Shown: one piece after another, positions 63,481-64,000 of the stretch
Position numbering within the stretch: position 1 is the stretch's first letter
Layout: every line of letters starts with the position of its first letter
From: Asterias rubens
Taxonomy: Eukaryota
Direction: 5' to 3'
Length of the DNA: 64,000 nucleotides
Assembly: GCF_902459465.1 (NCBI RefSeq)
Contig: NC_047065.1
Coordinates: forward strand, 12,152,001 to 12,216,000
Program-made: the position numbers and the translations under genes
The notes under the pieces: model-generated
Seen by the model: the letters and a program-made list of their open reading frames with translations, nothing else
What the model was told of the DNA's origin: nothing
Database searches by the model: none

Positions 63481-63859
63481 TCACTCATGACCACACTTAC
63501 CAACACAAACGACTAGGCCTACAACCGACCCTTACAGACACCAACCTTCACTTAGACACCAACTGACACTTACAGATACCTACTAAAGAAACCCCATTCC
63601 AGATATTAAATGAAAGATCACATACCAGTTCCGGTCTTAAGCCTAGTGTTCGGTGCAGCGCAATGTGGCAGCTTTTGCTATTGCTCTACTGCAAATGTCT
63701 CTGTCTTCTCTGTTTTCGTACTACATTGGTTGTCTGCATAATGTGCATGTCGTTTTCAAGGTGTTTGAAGTTTGATTCGCCTGGAGAGTTGTGCCATCCC
63801 TCGTGTGGACAGGTGGGTCATTGATGTTGCAAGGTTGTAATCGATCACCGTTTCTTCAA

Positions 63860-64000
63860 CAAAAGATACAGATGCTGATTGCTGATGCCAAGATCAGGAG
63901 AGCATACTACTCTGACAAATTCTGCAGTGGCAATCCCAAGGACATAATGTATACTACTCCTGCAAATTATCCAGTGCCAATCCCAAGAACACTGTGCTTA
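63860..64000 (+). pseudogene. Possible CR1/L2 ORF2 linker fragment
   Basis: AKIRRAYYSDKFCSGNPKDIM resembles the AKxxYYxxKIxxCxGNxKxL segment between endonuclease and RT. Confidence 0.35.

Noticed and set aside
55501-63625. Hammerhead ribozyme motifs expected near Penelope elements
   Set aside because: No convincing CTGANGA...GAAA core with flanking stems was found by eye; an Infernal search would be needed.

Overview
AT-rich, intron-rich, repeat-dense animal genomic DNA, most likely a marine invertebrate deuterostome such as an echinoderm. That assignment is an inference from gene structure and repeat style, not proven. Three spliced genes could be assembled by hand with GT-AG junctions and consistent phases: a ZDHHC1/11-type palmitoyltransferase (+, 5816-19308, 10 coding exons, 870 aa), TBC1D20 (-, 37749-44334, 9 coding exons, 411 aa) and a roadblock dynein light chain (-, 48139-51118, 4 coding exons, 96 aa). 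A complete, very young Ty3/Gypsy LTR retrotransposon occupies 26815-36238, with 1393-bp near-identical LTRs, a CATG target-site duplication, open gag and pol, and a canonical -1 frameshift signal. The rest is MITEs (TTAA/Kolobok-like, hAT-like, Harbinger-like), tRNA-derived SINEs, LINE fragments (L2/CR1, RTE) and minisatellites. The most unusual observations are: (i) two separate loci with head-to-head Penelope-like RT fragments around degenerate telomere-like (TTAGGG/CCCTAA) tracts; (ii) a 96-bp direct repeat inside each LTR that brackets a GT...AG segment; (iii) a tandem amplification of a TBC1D20 splice acceptor plus exon start; (iv) candidate stop-introducing alternative terminal exons of the ZDHHC gene. 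No CRISPR array, rRNA or genuine tRNA gene was seen. No database searches were run.
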